Assembly: GCA_030390025.1 (NCBI GenBank)
Contig: CM059439.1
Location: 53,878,001 to 53,942,000 of the forward strand
Reading direction: 5' to 3'
Source of the DNA: Squalus acanthias
Taxonomy: Eukaryota
DNA length: 64,000 nt
The notes under the pieces: generated by a model
Databases searched by the model: none
What the model was told of the DNA's origin: nothing
What the model saw: only the letters and a program-made list of their open reading frames with translations
Translations under genes and position numbers: made by a program
Shown here: positions 62,426 through 64,000 of the stretch, piece after piece
Numbering within the stretch: the first letter of the stretch is position 1
Layout: every line of letters begins with the position of its first letter

Positions 62426-63835
62426 TCTTTGAGGGTTATTTAGAAAATATATTGTCAAGATTGAAATGGTTTCTTTAGAGCTGTTCAAACATTTTGTAGT
62501 ATTTGAAAAAAAATTTTGGTTGAGAATCTCTTGATTTACAACCCAATTGAAATTATTAGCCCCCCTCCCCCGCACCCATACAGTGTCCCCATGTCACAAT
62601 TTGACCTCAGCTGACATAGCTTCCCAAGCTTCTGCCAATGGCGCTCTGAATCAGCTGTCAAGAAATGGACAAGAACAGCCCACAGATGACTCTTTCTCCT
62701 CTGGGGAGTTCTCAGACTGCCACAGTGCCTCCATACACTTACTGTACCTCAGATCCAGAACACAACAGAATAGAAAGATGACATCTTGGTCCACCACTCC
62801 ATAGATGTGTATGTTGATGCTCCAAAATATTGGAGTAGATTTTTCTCTTCACTGAGCCTGGGGAATCAAGGTTCCTCACATGCAGTAATGAGGAAAAAGG
62901 GGTAGATATCCATTGCATCAGGTCTCTGCCTCATTGTGCTGTCCTGGGATTTCTTGGGGCTTCTCTAGTACTTGTAAGAATAGGATGAGAAAGAAATAAC
63001 TTTAACAAAAAAAAAGGGATTACCATCAACTGGGGAAATAATGCACAACGATCAATTATTTTAGAAAGGTTACCGTATTGTAAACTTTTCTGAATAAATA
63101 GGAATGTTATGTGATTAGCATAACAAGTACAACCTTAAAGGTTAAAAAGATGTGTTTGGACGGAAAATGAGACACAAAAAATTCTACCTTTTTTTGGTTT
63201 CTGCTTATACAATATTTTATGACAACAGGGTAGAACTGAAAATTAATTTAGCATTGAGCTCAATTTTTTAAAATAGATTTATTTTTATTTTACAACTAGA
63301 CACGGAACAACTCTCAACTGCAATGTTATTGCTTATTCATACATGTGTGTAATTTAGATTACAATCTGCAATATCTGACCTACGTAGTTAAAGGCAATTG
63401 AATTTTAAATATTAACACACACTTGTGTGCCAAATAATTACACTACTCACTGCAGTGCAGGCAAACAGATCATTATCACTGAGGTAACAGATAACCTGCA
63501 GTTCATCTACGTACTTTGGTTTTGCTCACAGACTATGAGAACACTGTTGTATCATGCAAGTGGTAGTTGTTCTGCTCCTTAGGAACTAAAACACATCTAA
63601 AGAGGTACTGTTACCTCCAAAATTAAAACTATTTGGAAAAGATATGGTTTCTGAATGTGTAATGAAAATTATATGATATTGCCTCTGCTGCAGCCTGAAC
63701 TTGCTTAAAGGCCATTACCGCAGCTCCTGGCTTTTTCAGAAGCTGAAGGTGTTCCCAAAAGACTGACAATTGACATTTAAAAATTTGGTGATTTGATTAT
63801 TACAATAGTTTCTTTGTCTGCTTTTGGGTGTTAGA

Positions 63836-64000
63836 CTTGGCACAGTGGTAGCACACTCACCTGCGTCAGAAGGTCGTGAGTCCAAGACCCACTCCAGAGA
63901 CTTGAGCACATAATCTAGGCTGATACTTCAGTGCAGAACTCAGAGGTGCTGCACCGTCGGAGGTGCCAACTACTGGATGAATCATTAAACCGAGGCCCTG
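63836..64000 (+). mobile_element. DeuSINE/SacSINE1-like 5' part, runs off the window
   Basis: Aligns with 61985-62150. Confidence 0.85.

Overview
Eukaryotic, repeat-dominated DNA with no host protein-coding exon that I can support. The HE1-type V-SINE, SacSINE1-like DeuSINEs and dense CR1/L2 content point to a cartilaginous fish such as a shark (inference). The main feature is a cluster of PIF/Harbinger DNA transposons. H1 (9517-13613) is near-intact, with an uninterrupted 3-exon, 459-aa Myb/SANT gene facing a DDE transposase that carries just two lesions. H2 (30452-34338) is a decayed full-length relative. There are also truncated or deleted copies (H0, H3, H4) and many MITEs, mostly with non-TWA 3-bp target duplications. 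Other content: a full-length CR1 with a monomeric 5' UTR, many CR1/L2 fragments, a Penelope-like element with a hammerhead-like core, a solo LTR, three SINE families, a tRNA-Asp-like relic, a 21-bp minisatellite and several multi-level nested insertions. Family names come from motif recognition and recalled consensus sequences, not database searches. Coordinates of decayed elements are approximate.
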